Positions 1-10,152 of a DNA stretch of 64,000 bases are shown here, in pieces (the stretch's first letter is position 1; each line of letters opens with the position of its first letter). Made by a program: the position numbers and the translations under genes. Below the pieces are notes generated by a model, which worked only from the letters and a program-made list of their open reading frames with translations, had not been told where the DNA came from and made no database searches. The stretch is taken from assembly GCA_048938855.1 (NCBI GenBank), contig JBHLLT010000009.1:1-64000 (forward strand), read 5' to 3'. The DNA comes from Promethearchaeota archaeon (GTDB taxonomy: Archaea > Asgardarchaeota > Lokiarchaeia > Sigyniarchaeales > SOKP01).

Positions 1-9
1 GATTTTATA

Positions 10-894
10 ATGAAGAATGATTCAATTAAAGGAAACGATGAAAAAGATATATCTGTTGATATCACTAGAATTCCTATGACCTCTAATGGTTTCAGATGGA
101 CTTTTACATCAACAATTCTCTATCTTATTTTACATATTTTTACCCTTATTATGCCAACCGTTATGATATTAACTTTTTTCAGTTTTGCATTGGATTCACA
201 AATTTTTCATTGGAGAATATTACTGATTTTTATTGATATAATGGCATGGTGGGGATCTTATCTTATTATAAGTTTACTCCTTGGTAAATTATTTCTAATT
301 TTACTTAAATTAATTCACAAACCTGTTGAAGGTCTATTTAAAATTGAAAGGAAAAACCGAGACTATTCATATTTCTGTTATAGGATTGCAGTTAAAAAAT
401 TCATTTTCTGGATTTGGAATAATTTTTGTTTTCCATGGGTCAGTAACTTTGCTTTCAAAATGTGTGATGTCTCAGCAGATTTCAAAAGTACAATGTTTGA
501 TGGCTGGAGTGATGTAGAATTTATTGAATATGGCAATAATATCATGATTGGACAAGGAGCTCATATCTTTTCAAGTATTATTATTAGAATTGAAAACCAA
601 GATTATTTGTTGATAAAAAAAGTTGTCATTGGTGATCATGTTGTTTTGGGTGGCAATTCAATTGTAGCACCAGGAACGATAATAGGAAAAGGAACGACGT
701 TAGGTGTATGGACAGTTACTCATATTAATCAAAAATTAGAACCTAATTGGATATATTTTGGTTCTCCTGCTCGAAAGTATCAACCCACTCGAAATGCAAT
801 TGAAGAAAGTAAAAAAAAAGCAATGAGAAGGATAGTCGATACAGGTGAGAAAATACCATACGATATTGATCAATTTAAAAACAAAAATATGTAA
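10..894 (+). CDS. Membrane protein with C-terminal left-handed beta-helix (hexapeptide-repeat, acyltransferase-like) domain
   Basis: Two or more N-terminal hydrophobic segments, then hexapeptide repeats (IEYGNNIMIGQGA, VVIGDHVVLGGNSIVAPGTIIGKGTTLG) and terminal YFGSPAR motif. Confidence 0.75.
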   Translation: MKNDSIKGNDEKDISVDITRIPMTSNGFRWTFTSTILYLILHIFTLIMPTVMILTFFSFALDSQIFHWRILLIFIDIMAWWGSYLIISLLLGKLFLILLKLIHKPVEGLFKIERKNRDYSYFCYRIAVKKFIFWIWNNFCFPWVSNFAFKMCDVSADFKSTMFDGWSDVEFIEYGNNIMIGQGAHIFSSIIIRIENQDYLLIKKVVIGDHVVLGGNSIVAPGTIIGKGTTLGVWTVTHINQKLEPNWIYFGSPARKYQPTRNAIEESKKKAMRRIVDTGEKIPYDIDQFKNKNM

Positions 895-950
895 TTTAAC
901 ATTTCTCAATGGTTTATATCTAAGTGCTTTTTCTCATTAAGGCTAAATAG

Positions 951-1634
951 CTATTTATTCTTTCTATTTTTTAAACTCTTTAGTGCTTTTTGTTCTAATA
1001 ATCGTGAATATGTCTCCCATTTATCAGGTTCTCCCGGGTATTTTCTTTCTATAACAAATCGACAATTTTCAGCTCCAGCGGGTATAGTTTGCTTAAATTC
1101 TACTTGAAAGTCTGTCTTTAAAACTTTATCTCTAAAATAATTGAGAATACCTTGGACTAGATATCTTTGCACCCTGCAATCAAATGCAGAATAAATATCT
1201 TGGAGTGGACACCATAAAATATTAAATGAACACGTATCATTATTGTCAATCGTAGGATCTTCTATGGATGTCCATGCTTGAGTATTAATTATAGTAGCTA
1301 AAAAACTCATTATTTCTATATCGGGAACATCGGGAGGAATGTCAACATTTTCCGCAATTTGTCTTCCCATTTCATATCCTGTTTTTATTAAAGCATCGTT
1401 TACTACTTTTTGGCCTTCAATTCCGAATCGTGCTTCATTTTCTTTTAAAATATTAATAACAGCTAATGACATAAACAACCCAAACTGAAGTAGCGAGGTT
1501 GGATCAAAATCCTCTCGATTGATAACATCTTCTCTGAATCGATCTAAAGCAGCCTTAAAAGGTTCTCCAAAATTAATTTTATTCCAGTTTTTTTCTTTCC
1601 TTGGTGCCCCTTTTAAAATTCCTTCTTCTTTCAA
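951..1634 (-). CDS. V4R / L-2-amino-thiazoline-4-carboxylate hydrolase-like domain protein
   Basis: G+E+G helix, WCPL...DC...TIPAGAENCRF cysteine pattern; TTG start preceded by AGGAGAG. Confidence 0.55.
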   Translation of the reverse strand: MKEEGILKGAPRKEKNWNKINFGEPFKAALDRFREDVINREDFDPTSLLQFGLFMSLAVINILKENEARFGIEGQKVVNDALIKTGYEMGRQIAENVDIPPDVPDIEIMSFLATIINTQAWTSIEDPTIDNNDTCSFNILWCPLQDIYSAFDCRVQRYLVQGILNYFRDKVLKTDFQVEFKQTIPAGAENCRFVIERKYPGEPDKWETYSRLLEQKALKSLKNRKNK

Positions 1635-1757
1635 ATTAAATCTCTCCTGTTTAATTGCACGTAATTTATGTATTATAAGATAAAAAGTAAAGAGATATAT
1701 ATTAAGTTTAAAATTATTACTTATTACGATTATTAGAAATTAAGGATATGATAAATT

Positions 1758-2504
1758 ATGTATAAAATAGTACTTTTACGGCATGGGGAAAGCACTTGGA
1801 ATAAAGAAAACAGATTTACTGGTTGGACTGATGTAGACCTTTCAGAAAAAGGAATTCAAGAGGCAAAGGAAGCCGCTAAATTATTGATAGAAGGAGGATA
1901 TACCTTCGATATTGCCTATACCTCTGTATTAAAGAGAGGAATTCGTACATTATGGATTGTTTTAGATGAGATGGACTTGATGTGGATTCCTGTTTATCGA
2001 TCTTGGCGTTTAAATGAAAGGCATTATGGGGCTTTGCAAGGTTTTTATAAATCTAAAATGGCAGCTGAAGTAGGTGAAGAACAAGTTTTAATATGGAGAA
2101 GAAGTTACGATATCCCTCCCCCAGCTCTTAAAACAACTGATCCAAGATATCCAGGAAATGAAAAAAAGTATGCAGAACTAAAACCAGAAGAAATTCCTCT
2201 GACTGAATGCTTAAAAGATACTGTAGCAAGAGTACTACCTTATTGGCACGAGCTAATTAGCCAAACTATAAAGTCTGGCAAGAAAGTTTTGATTTCTGCG
2301 CACGGAAATAGCCTTAGAGCACTTGTAAAATATCTTGATAACATGCCTGATGAAGAAGTTGTGAAATTAAATATTCCAACGGGAATACCTTTAATATATG
2401 AGTTAGATGATGAGTTAAAGCCAATTACTCATTATTATCTCGGTAATCAAGAAGAGATTCAAAAAGCAATAGAAGCAGTTGCCAGCCAAGGAAAAGCAAA
2501 ATGA
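1758..2504 (+). CDS. gpmA: 2,3-bisphosphoglycerate-dependent phosphoglycerate mutase
   Basis: [48 protein letters not shown] motifs. Confidence 0.97.
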   Translation: MYKIVLLRHGESTWNKENRFTGWTDVDLSEKGIQEAKEAAKLLIEGGYTFDIAYTSVLKRGIRTLWIVLDEMDLMWIPVYRSWRLNERHYGALQGFYKSKMAAEVGEEQVLIWRRSYDIPPPALKTTDPRYPGNEKKYAELKPEEIPLTECLKDTVARVLPYWHELISQTIKSGKKVLISAHGNSLRALVKYLDNMPDEEVVKLNIPTGIPLIYELDDELKPITHYYLGNQEEIQKAIEAVASQGKAK

Positions 2505-3049
2505 GGAGTAAAAGTTTTAGAAAAACTAATTCTATTTTAATTTTATTCACCCTTATTTCAATTTTTTTTTATATACCTGTTCCAATAGTTATAGCACAAA
2601 GTTATAATAACATCAGCGTTGAAACCGCACATAATATGATAAGTAATAAAACTCAGTTTCCTAATTTGGTCATACTTGATGTCAGAGAACAATGGGAATA
2701 TGATGAAAGTCATTTATGTAATAGTACACTAATTCCACTTTCGGAAATTAACACTAGAATAGACGAATTGGAGCCATATAATCAGACTGAGATAATTGTA
2801 TATTGTCGATCTGGAAGCAGAAGTGCACAAGCAAGCCAAAATCTTGCGGATAATTACAATTTTACTAAAATTTATAATATGTTAGGTGGAATAAGTGCCT
2901 GGATTAGTGCAGGTTATGAAGTATGCAATGGACAAGTCCAGCCTGTCATCTCATTCCCAGGGTTACTATTTCTTTCAAATCTAATAGCGGTATCTGTCTC
3001 TCTTGCATTATTAGCCTGTAGAAAAAATAAGATTAAAAAAAAAAGGTAA
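2501..3049 (+). CDS. Exported, membrane-anchored rhodanese-domain protein
   Basis: N-terminal signal/[12 protein letters not shown], active-site loop [16 protein letters not shown]-terminal TM plus basic tail; ATGA overlap with gpmA. Confidence 0.85.
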   Translation: MRSKSFRKTNSILILFTLISIFFYIPVPIVIAQSYNNISVETAHNMISNKTQFPNLVILDVREQWEYDESHLCNSTLIPLSEINTRIDELEPYNQTEIIVYCRSGSRSAQASQNLADNYNFTKIYNMLGGISAWISAGYEVCNGQVQPVISFPGLLFLSNLIAVSVSLALLACRKNKIKKKR

Positions 3050-3066
3050 TTTATTTATAAAGTAAA

Positions 3067-3378
3067 TTACTCCCATTTCATTCCAGCCATTTCATATGAA
3101 TCTGAAACGCCAATTAAAAGCTCAACTGTCATATGGAAACCTTCAAACTGTAAACCAAATGGACTAAAATATTTCCAGATTTCCTTGCTTGCCTCTTCTA
3201 ATTTTCCTCTTTCTGTATATATTAAATGATATTGTTTCATACCGTTATTTCCGGCGGGAGTATTAAAAACTCTCCATTTTGTAACATATGGTATCTCTCG
3301 TGGTTGTTTTAGATACATCTTGCCGATCTCCATACCTTTATGAATTGGATACCAAGTTGTTACCATCAAAACACCCAT
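3067..3378 (-). CDS. Hypothetical protein, tandem paralog A
   Basis: 103 aa, colinear with 3577..3888 (KQPREIP-KWRVFN-GMKQYHLIYTERGKLEEA). Confidence 0.85.
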   Translation of the reverse strand: MGVLMVTTWYPIHKGMEIGKMYLKQPREIPYVTKWRVFNTPAGNNGMKQYHLIYTERGKLEEASKEIWKYFSPFGLQFEGFHMTVELLIGVSDSYEMAGMKWE

Positions 3379-3424
3379 AGTTAGTTATAACCTCACACTA
3401 TTTTAAAAATTGGATTTGAAGTAT

Positions 3425-3456
3425 GTAGTTATCTATTACAATTTTATTTAAGAATT
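3425..3456 (-). promoter_or_regulatory. Duplicated promoter block, copy 1 (BRE/TATA-like AATTCTTAAATA on minus strand)
   Basis: 32 bp gtagttatctattacaattttatttaagaatt, identical to 3934..3965 and at an equivalent position upstream of each paralog. Confidence 0.7.
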
Positions 3457-3576
3457 TCCATTTATGTAAAAATCATATTAAAGAATCAAGTGATAGAGCA
3501 ATATCATTTTAGGGTACTAAAAAATGTAAAATTAAATAGATCTAAAAAAAAGATATTAATTAATTTAATAATTGAA

Positions 3577-3888
3577 TTACTCCCATTTCATTCCTATCAT
3601 CTTATAGGAATCTGAAACTCCAATTAGATTTTCAAATTTTATATAATACCCCTCAATTTGTGTTAAAAACGGTGAAAAATATTTATAAACAGCCATTCCT
3701 GCTTCTTCTAATTTTCCTCTTTCCGTATAAATTAAGTGATATTGTTTCATACCGTCCTTTGCGTCAGCACAATTAAATACACGCCATTTAGTAATATGGG
3801 GAATTTCTCGTGGCTGTTTTAAAATCAATTTCGCAACATCCATAGTCTTATGGGGTGGATACCAACAAGTTACGAAAATTATGCCCAT
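3577..3888 (-). CDS. Hypothetical protein, tandem paralog B
   Basis: 103 aa paralog of 3067..3378. Confidence 0.85.
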   Translation of the reverse strand: MGIIFVTCWYPPHKTMDVAKLILKQPREIPHITKWRVFNCADAKDGMKQYHLIYTERGKLEEAGMAVYKYFSPFLTQIEGYYIKFENLIGVSDSYKMIGMKWE

Positions 3889-3933
3889 AATTCATCAATA
3901 CCTTATGTTTTTTTTGAATTGGATTTAATGTAA

Positions 3934-3965
3934 GTAGTTATCTATTACAATTTTATTTAAGAATT
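3934..3965 (-). promoter_or_regulatory. Duplicated promoter block, copy 2
   Basis: Identical 32 bp to 3425..3456. Confidence 0.7.
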
Positions 3966-4049
3966 ACCATTTTTGTAAATTTTATTTTATTAGCAAAGAA
4001 TATATGTATTAGGGCAAATGTTGTATAATAGATTGAAAGGTGTTTTAAC

Positions 4050-4856
4050 ATGATAAAAAAATCTTTTTTAGATAATCCAATTGTCTCAAATCAAATCTTT
4101 TTCCCTCCACAATTTATATCTCCAAACTTATCTTCTGCTATGTATTCACATTCATTTATTAAAGAATTGCGCTTTAAAATTACTAAAAAAATTACATTAA
4201 TAGGGTATTTCTATTTAAATGATGAAAATCTTCCCACTATTCTTTTATTTCACGGAAATGGGGAATTAGCTGCTGAGTACTATGGTTTAGTCGATTTTTT
4301 TTTTGATTGTGGTGTGAATTTAGCAGTTGTTGATTATCGCGGTTACGGTTCTAGTTCTGGTAGACCAATCTTTAGTGGCTTGATTTCTGATGCCATGCCA
4401 ATTTATAATGGTTTAAGAGATTGGATTGTTAGAAATAAGCTAAATAATTCAATATTTATTTTGGGGCGCTCAATAGGGAGTGTTCCAGCCTCAGAAATCG
4501 GAGCTCATAATCCAGATAATCTAAGGGGAATAATATTTTCAAGTGGATATGCAAGTTTATACTATATGATGACAGAAATATTCAGAGTTACTGGTCCAGA
4601 TGTCACTCCTGAGGGTTTAAAAGAATATTCCAATGATACAAGAATTAAAAACTTTCAAAAATCAGTATTAATAATTCACGGTACTCAAGATTTTTTGATT
4701 CCTTATACGGAAAGCGAATCAATTTACAATCATATTCCTGAAGGAGTTGAAAAGAAATTAATTTTAATTGAAGGTGCTGATCATAATAATATTTTCTCAT
4801 TTAAAGAAGAATATACTGCTCCATTGAAAGAATTTATTAATAAAAATAAGAAGTAA
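4050..4856 (+). CDS. Alpha/beta hydrolase (ABHD12/13/17-like)
   Basis: LFHGNGE, DYRGYGSS, nucleophile GRSIG, IIHGTQD, GADHN. Confidence 0.9.
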   Translation: MIKKSFLDNPIVSNQIFFPPQFISPNLSSAMYSHSFIKELRFKITKKITLIGYFYLNDENLPTILLFHGNGELAAEYYGLVDFFFDCGVNLAVVDYRGYGSSSGRPIFSGLISDAMPIYNGLRDWIVRNKLNNSIFILGRSIGSVPASEIGAHNPDNLRGIIFSSGYASLYYMMTEIFRVTGPDVTPEGLKEYSNDTRIKNFQKSVLIIHGTQDFLIPYTESESIYNHIPEGVEKKLILIEGADHNNIFSFKEEYTAPLKEFINKNKK

Positions 4857-4960
4857 TAATCTGCTAATTTCTTATCAAAAATTGGACTAATTATCATTTT
4901 ATAATTATCCCACTTTCTCTATAATTAGAATTTAAGGAATTAATTTTAGGTGATTCGTTT

Positions 4961-5278
4961 CTGACTGAAAAAAGTATCAATTTTTGTCCATATTGTGGAA
5001 AGAAGATACCTAAATCTTATAATTATAAGACATTTTATTGTTGTTTCTGTGGAAAAAAATTTCGATACAATGAAGAAGATGTGGCAAAGAATGTTCAATG
5101 TATAATTTGCCACAGAATTGTTGACCCAAACAGGCATAAAAATATTAGATGTCCCTATTGTGGAAGTATGTATCATCTTACTTGTGTTTCCTCTTGGTTA
5201 TTAAGATATAATGCATGTCCTATGTGTCAAAATGTTTTTCTCTATCCAAACAAAATTATTTCTATAAGGAAAGAATAA
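4961..5278 (+). CDS. Zinc-ribbon + RING-finger (C4HC3) protein, putative E3 ligase; probable CTG start
   Basis: The frame of 5081..5278 is open 40 codons further to CTG at 4961, 7 nt after AGGTGA; adds CPYC...CCFC; RING pattern CIIC-CPYC-H-x2-C-x3-W-x6-CPMC. Confidence 0.75.
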   Translation: MTEKSINFCPYCGKKIPKSYNYKTFYCCFCGKKFRYNEEDVAKNVQCIICHRIVDPNRHKNIRCPYCGSMYHLTCVSSWLLRYNACPMCQNVFLYPNKIISIRKE

Positions 5279-5299
5279 AAAAAGAAAAAAAGATTGAAA

Positions 5300-5938
5300 T
5301 TACTTATTTCTTAACATAAAGATTCCTGTTTCTACAAACCAGAATAAGTTAGCAAAAAGAAATAACCATTCTGAAATCGCTTTAGCTTCAACAAGTAAAG
5401 TTGACTCTATTCTATTGACTATAAATAGTATTAAGTATAAAATGAAAAAGAAAGCTACAATTACGTTCAATAATGCTTGCCATAATGGGAATTCTGATAA
5501 TTTATATTCAATGTAGGCATAACCAAATAAATAAATAATCCCTGGAAAGAAAAAAATATATTGTGCCAGCGTGTGCATAACATAAAAATCACTCACGTTG
5601 AATAATGCAATCAATATAAGGCCTATAGCTGAAATTAATCCTAAGATACAAGCAGTTCCAGTACTCTTGGTAGAAGCCCCTTTTTTCTGCAAGTATTTAG
5701 TAAACCCGATTATGAATGGTATCATAAATAATCCTGTTATAACCCAAAAGATAACGAAGTAGATAGCTAACATGTTAATAGCAGGTACAGCTAAATAACT
5801 AATAGTAACATCAACGAAATTGAAACTAGGATGTACTAACATTGCCGGAATTGCTCCTATAAGAAATATTACAACTCCAATTATCCCAAAATAACTAGCA
5901 TGAAGTTTTTCAAAAATCTTATCAAATTTTTCTAGCAT
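5300..5938 (-). CDS. DUF998 / Frag1-DRAM-Sfk1-like membrane protein
   Basis: Six hydrophobic segments, TISYL, conserved H before TM4, terminal SEW motif. Confidence 0.65.
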   Translation of the reverse strand: MLEKFDKIFEKLHASYFGIIGVVIFLIGAIPAMLVHPSFNFVDVTISYLAVPAINMLAIYFVIFWVITGLFMIPFIIGFTKYLQKKGASTKSTGTACILGLISAIGLILIALFNVSDFYVMHTLAQYIFFFPGIIYLFGYAYIEYKLSEFPLWQALLNVIVAFFFILYLILFIVNRIESTLLVEAKAISEWLFLFANLFWFVETGIFMLRNK

Positions 5939-6436
5939 TTCTTATCAATCTGATTTTAAAATTAATTTTTAAAAATATATAGATCAGAAGTAGTATTTAT
6001 ATTTAATAGAATAAGAAAAAGAGCCGATAGATTAACTATTAAAATAAGAATTCAGATAATAAAATTTGCTGAAAAGTTAAATTCTCTTCTTTAAAAATTA
6101 AATTTTATCTTCCAGAATAAGTATCTGGAGCAGAATCTTTTCTAAAGATGATTGCAAAAGGTAGAATTAAATTTGAAATGCCAGAACATCATCTGATCTA
6201 GCTAATTTATCATTTTTAATTTGAATTTTTTTTATTTAATACCTTTAAGTCCACTTGTTATCTCACATTGATTTCTTAATAATATTTCAATAAAAAATCA
6301 ATCCTTTAAATTGAAAGACTCGACAATTTTAGTGATAAATCATGTATTATCAGGGCAAGCTGTATATATTATATCTTTACCAATCCAACCCTCGATTTTT
6401 AATTATAATAATCTTCGCTTTTGACATGATTTTTAT

Positions 6437-6745
6437 TTAATCCTCTATTCTTTCTATTTTAAAAACTACAGGTCTTACTCCGTCACTACACGTATCATAA
6501 ATTATCCCATCTTCTGCCCAATGTTTATAATTACCACCAAGTCGTAAAACATTTACACTACGAGTCAAGTCTGCCCATGCCCACCAGCAGAAACCCTCTG
6601 GCATTTCTCTATTCTCACTAATCCATTCTTGTCCATCTTCAAATGAACATTTCTTTATTTTTTCTCCATTAGGAGTTACATATTCATACCCAAATACATC
6701 TTCAGGACTAAACCGTTTTATGACTGTTATTTTTATTTTTGTCAT
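6437..6745 (-). CDS. TIGR04076-family protein, paralog A
   Basis: KITVIKR...C...GQEW...PEGFC.WAW.DL...CSDGVRPVVFKIERI. Confidence 0.85.
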   Translation of the reverse strand: MTKIKITVIKRFSPEDVFGYEYVTPNGEKIKKCSFEDGQEWISENREMPEGFCWWAWADLTRSVNVLRLGGNYKHWAEDGIIYDTCSDGVRPVVFKIERIED

Positions 6746-6874
6746 TCTCCTACCTTTCCCTCAACATTTTTAAGTTCTATGATATTAGATCTCAATCTAT
6801 TAGGGTTCAAATAAAAATAATGAAATTCCATAAATAAACTAATGATATCCAACACTTTAGACACAATTTACACC

Positions 6875-7183
6875 TCAATCCTCAATTCGCTCTAATTTGA
6901 AACACACAGGTCTTAATCCATCAGAACAAGCATTATAACTTACACCTTCCTCCCACCAGTCATTAAATGTGCCACCAAAACGTAAAACATAAAGATATCG
7001 AGCTAAATCTAACCAAGCTCCAGCACAAAAATCTTTTGGCATTTCTCCACTTTCAATTATCCATTCCTGTCCTTCTTTTAAGGGGCATTTTTCCACTATT
7101 TTACCAGCAGGATTTTTATATTCATGTCCTAGAACTTCTTCTGGACTAAATCTTTTTATAACTGTAATTTTAACTTTTGACAT
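6875..7183 (-). CDS. TIGR04076-family protein, paralog B
   Basis: Same motif set; 102 aa, colinear with paralog A. Confidence 0.85.
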   Translation of the reverse strand: MSKVKITVIKRFSPEEVLGHEYKNPAGKIVEKCPLKEGQEWIIESGEMPKDFCAGAWLDLARYLYVLRFGGTFNDWWEEGVSYNACSDGLRPVCFKLERIED

Positions 7184-7391
7184 TCTAAATCATCTCCAAG
7201 TATAGAATAAACTTTTTAATTTTTTATTAAGGTTGAAATTAAAACTAGGCTTAATTAATCCTAATTATTTCAAATAATGAAATCTAACAATTTATAGTTT
7301 GAAACACTGGAGTTCGATGAAACTTTGAATAAAAGCTGAACTTTGCGGATTTTGACTTAGTAAAATTAAAAAAAAGGTGATAATTTAGTGA

Positions 7392-8804
7392 TTATTCGCT
7401 TTTAATACGGGAGATAATTATTATCCCTATTCCCATTATAATACCAACTGCTATTATTGCCCAACCATATGCTGCTTTACCAATTAAACTGATGGATAAC
7501 AGTACAGTTCCCCAAATGAAGGGTCCTAATGCTGAAGAAAATTTACCACTTAATTTGGAAAATCCAAAAAATTCTCCAAATTTTTCTTTGGGAGCAAGCT
7601 CTACTATCATGATTCGTTGTGCAGTCCATGTACCTCCTAGTGCTGGACCAGCTATAATCCCCATTATAAGAGTTAAGATAAAGGGGAGATTTAAACCAAC
7701 TTCGATAGATGATGTAGAAAATATTAGTATTACAGCTATAGTTAATGATATTCCCCACATAGCACCAACTAGGATAAAAGTATTTTTAGCTCCATGCTTT
7801 TGACCAAATTTACCAACAAAATATGTAAAGACAACTGCTGACATTGTAAAGATAATTACTAAAAGCAAAGCATAAAAGTTTGATCCACCTGCCAAAATTA
7901 ATCCATCAGTGACTATTATTATCATATATGCAACTATTACATTAGCGATATCCACAACAAAGAAATACCCAATAATAAATATAAACATTGATTTATGTTT
8001 TCTAACATCTTTAAATGTACTCCTCAATTGTTTGAAAGTATTCCTAACTAATGTAATTATAGGTGGTCTTTTACCGACTTTCTGCTTTTCACGTACATAG
8101 AGAAATGGAATCGCGCATACTAAAAAAAGAACCATTGGTATAACAAAACTAAACCAGTATCCAGCAAACCCATACTGTATTGGAGGATCTGTTACTTGTG
8201 GTTGAATTGATATTAAATCGCCTAAAAGCAATGTTAATGGGAGCATAAATAATAAAACGAGAATTGTCCCCAAATAGCCCCAAGCAACCCCAAACCCTGC
8301 AACTTTTCCTATATCATCCCTTTTAGCTATAAATGGAAGCATTGCATCATAAAAAACTAAACTAAATTGATATGCAATATTTGCAATTACATAAAACAGC
8401 AAAACAGTCGTAATATCATGCGTAAACCCAATTAAACTCGCAAAAAGAAGAATAATTCCTGTTAAACCTATTATAAATGGTTTTCTCTTTCCTACATTAT
8501 CGCTTAAGGCACCTAAAATAGGTACACATATAGCAACTGCAAGTTGCATCAAGGTAGTAACTGTACCAAAAAGAAAACTGACACTTCCATAGCTCATTCC
8601 ATATTCTAATTGACCAATCACTAGTACATATTTATTAATAATAAAACTTACAATGGCCATAGAATAAATTGTATTCGCTAGGTCATACATTGCCCAAAAG
8701 AAAATATTTTTCCTAGAAGTTGTGGTTTCGTATTCTACTTCCTCATTTAAAATAATTTCAGAAGGTGTTTTTACATCGATTTCTTCTCTTGACATATATT
8801 TCAC
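7392..8804 (-). CDS. MFS transporter (UMF1/Atg22-like)
   Basis: WAMYDLAN, PILGALSD..GKRK, FYDAMLP, GEFFGFS; about 12 TM. Confidence 0.9.
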   Translation of the reverse strand: MKYMSREEIDVKTPSEIILNEEVEYETTTSRKNIFFWAMYDLANTIYSMAIVSFIINKYVLVIGQLEYGMSYGSVSFLFGTVTTLMQLAVAICVPILGALSDNVGKRKPFIIGLTGIILLFASLIGFTHDITTVLLFYVIANIAYQFSLVFYDAMLPFIAKRDDIGKVAGFGVAWGYLGTILVLLFMLPLTLLLGDLISIQPQVTDPPIQYGFAGYWFSFVIPMVLFLVCAIPFLYVREKQKVGKRPPIITLVRNTFKQLRSTFKDVRKHKSMFIFIIGYFFVVDIANVIVAYMIIIVTDGLILAGGSNFYALLLVIIFTMSAVVFTYFVGKFGQKHGAKNTFILVGAMWGISLTIAVILIFSTSSIEVGLNLPFILTLIMGIIAGPALGGTWTAQRIMIVELAPKEKFGEFFGFSKLSGKFSSALGPFIWGTVLLSISLIGKAAYGWAIIAVGIIMGIGIIIISRIKSE

Positions 8805-9070
8805 TTTTCATTAGATTTAATTTATGAATATTAGTGAAATTTCATTTTCTTAAAAATTTTATGTAAATATATTTTATTTTAAACCATAAATATGCTTTAA
8901 CCTTTATATTTAAAGGAACGTCTACTGTTGGATTTCTTCTTAAAAGAACTTTAAATTTTAGATGTTTGACTTTCTCAAATATTTTAAAATATCTTAGTAT
9001 CAAAACGCTTAATTTTTTTAAGAATAAATTATATAAATCTGGCCGTAATTAAAAATTACGATTATCATAT

Positions 9071-9979
9071 TTGGGAACGTTAAAACGTTCCAAGGATGAT
9101 TTGAAAAATTTTATTGTCATTATGGATGATTTTGACCATTTAAGTCAGTTATCGAGGAGTTTAGGCAAATATTTAATAATCACATTTACTTTCTCATGGC
9201 TTTTTTGGGTACCTAGTTTACTTTCTTCTTTCCAAATAATTCCACATGAGCCAATATATAATCTTTTATTGGTTGTTGGAGGATTTGGACCATTTGTGGC
9301 CAGTTTTTCTTTAACTATTAAAGAAGGTGGCAAGGAGGGAGCAATTGCTTTATGGAGTAAGGGTTGGCATTGTGAGAAAAAATTATATTTGCTTATTTCT
9401 CTAACAGCTATACCATTATTATGTATTAGTGCTTTATTTCTGGCAAACATGTTTGAAGGAGGAACAATATTTGAGTATATAGATCAGTATCGATCTGGGT
9501 ACATTTTCACTGAAATCTTTGTTATGTTCTTTTTTAGTGGACCTATTCAAGAAGAATTTGGCTGGAGAGGCTATGCTCTATATTATCTTCAATCTAAATT
9601 TAATGCTTTTGAGTCTAGCTTAATTCTTGGAGCTATTTGGAGTTTCTGGCATTATCCATTATTTTTTATAACTGGTACAGCTTTATTTAATCAAAACTTT
9701 TTCAGTTATACCATCTCATTACTCGCTTTATCTATTCTTTTCACTTGGTTAAATAATAACACTAATGGAAGTATTTTAGTGGCTATCTTCTTTCATACAT
9801 CAATAAATACAACGTATTCCCTATTTCTCTATAGAATTACCCCTTTAGGTAGTATTTACTTTATCATACTTCTTGATATTTTTATGGTTACAGTTTTAAT
9901 ACTTTTTGGCCAAGAAAAATTAAAGTGGTCTACTAGAAAGGGAATAAATTCTACAAAATTGCCTAAGAAAACGTATTAA
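9071..9979 (+). CDS. CPBP-family intramembrane glutamic endopeptidase (Abi/CAAX type II); start possibly 9122
   Basis: EEFGWRGY, WSFWHYP, AIFFH motifs. Confidence 0.9.
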   Translation: MGTLKRSKDDLKNFIVIMDDFDHLSQLSRSLGKYLIITFTFSWLFWVPSLLSSFQIIPHEPIYNLLLVVGGFGPFVASFSLTIKEGGKEGAIALWSKGWHCEKKLYLLISLTAIPLLCISALFLANMFEGGTIFEYIDQYRSGYIFTEIFVMFFFSGPIQEEFGWRGYALYYLQSKFNAFESSLILGAIWSFWHYPLFFITGTALFNQNFFSYTISLLALSILFTWLNNNTNGSILVAIFFHTSINTTYSLFLYRITPLGSIYFIILLDIFMVTVLILFGQEKLKWSTRKGINSTKLPKKTY

Positions 9980-10152
9980 GTCAATTTTTCAGAAAATTTT
10001 ATTATTATTGATTTAACTTAGTGTCTTTAGTTCAATTATTATTTAACACATAACGTTTAGAAGTAGAATTAAAATAATTAACATATACACAAAAGTATAA
10101 ATACCAAAAAGAAAAAGAATATTATCACTGAAATAATTTTTGAAATCCTTTT

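Noticed and set aside
4946-5176. 76-aa minus-strand ORF
   Set aside because: Overlaps the better-supported zinc-ribbon/RING gene on the opposite strand
5939-6436. About 500-bp intergenic region as possible ncRNA or pseudogene
   Set aside because: AT-rich, only very short ORFs, and no stable structure or homology that I can recognise
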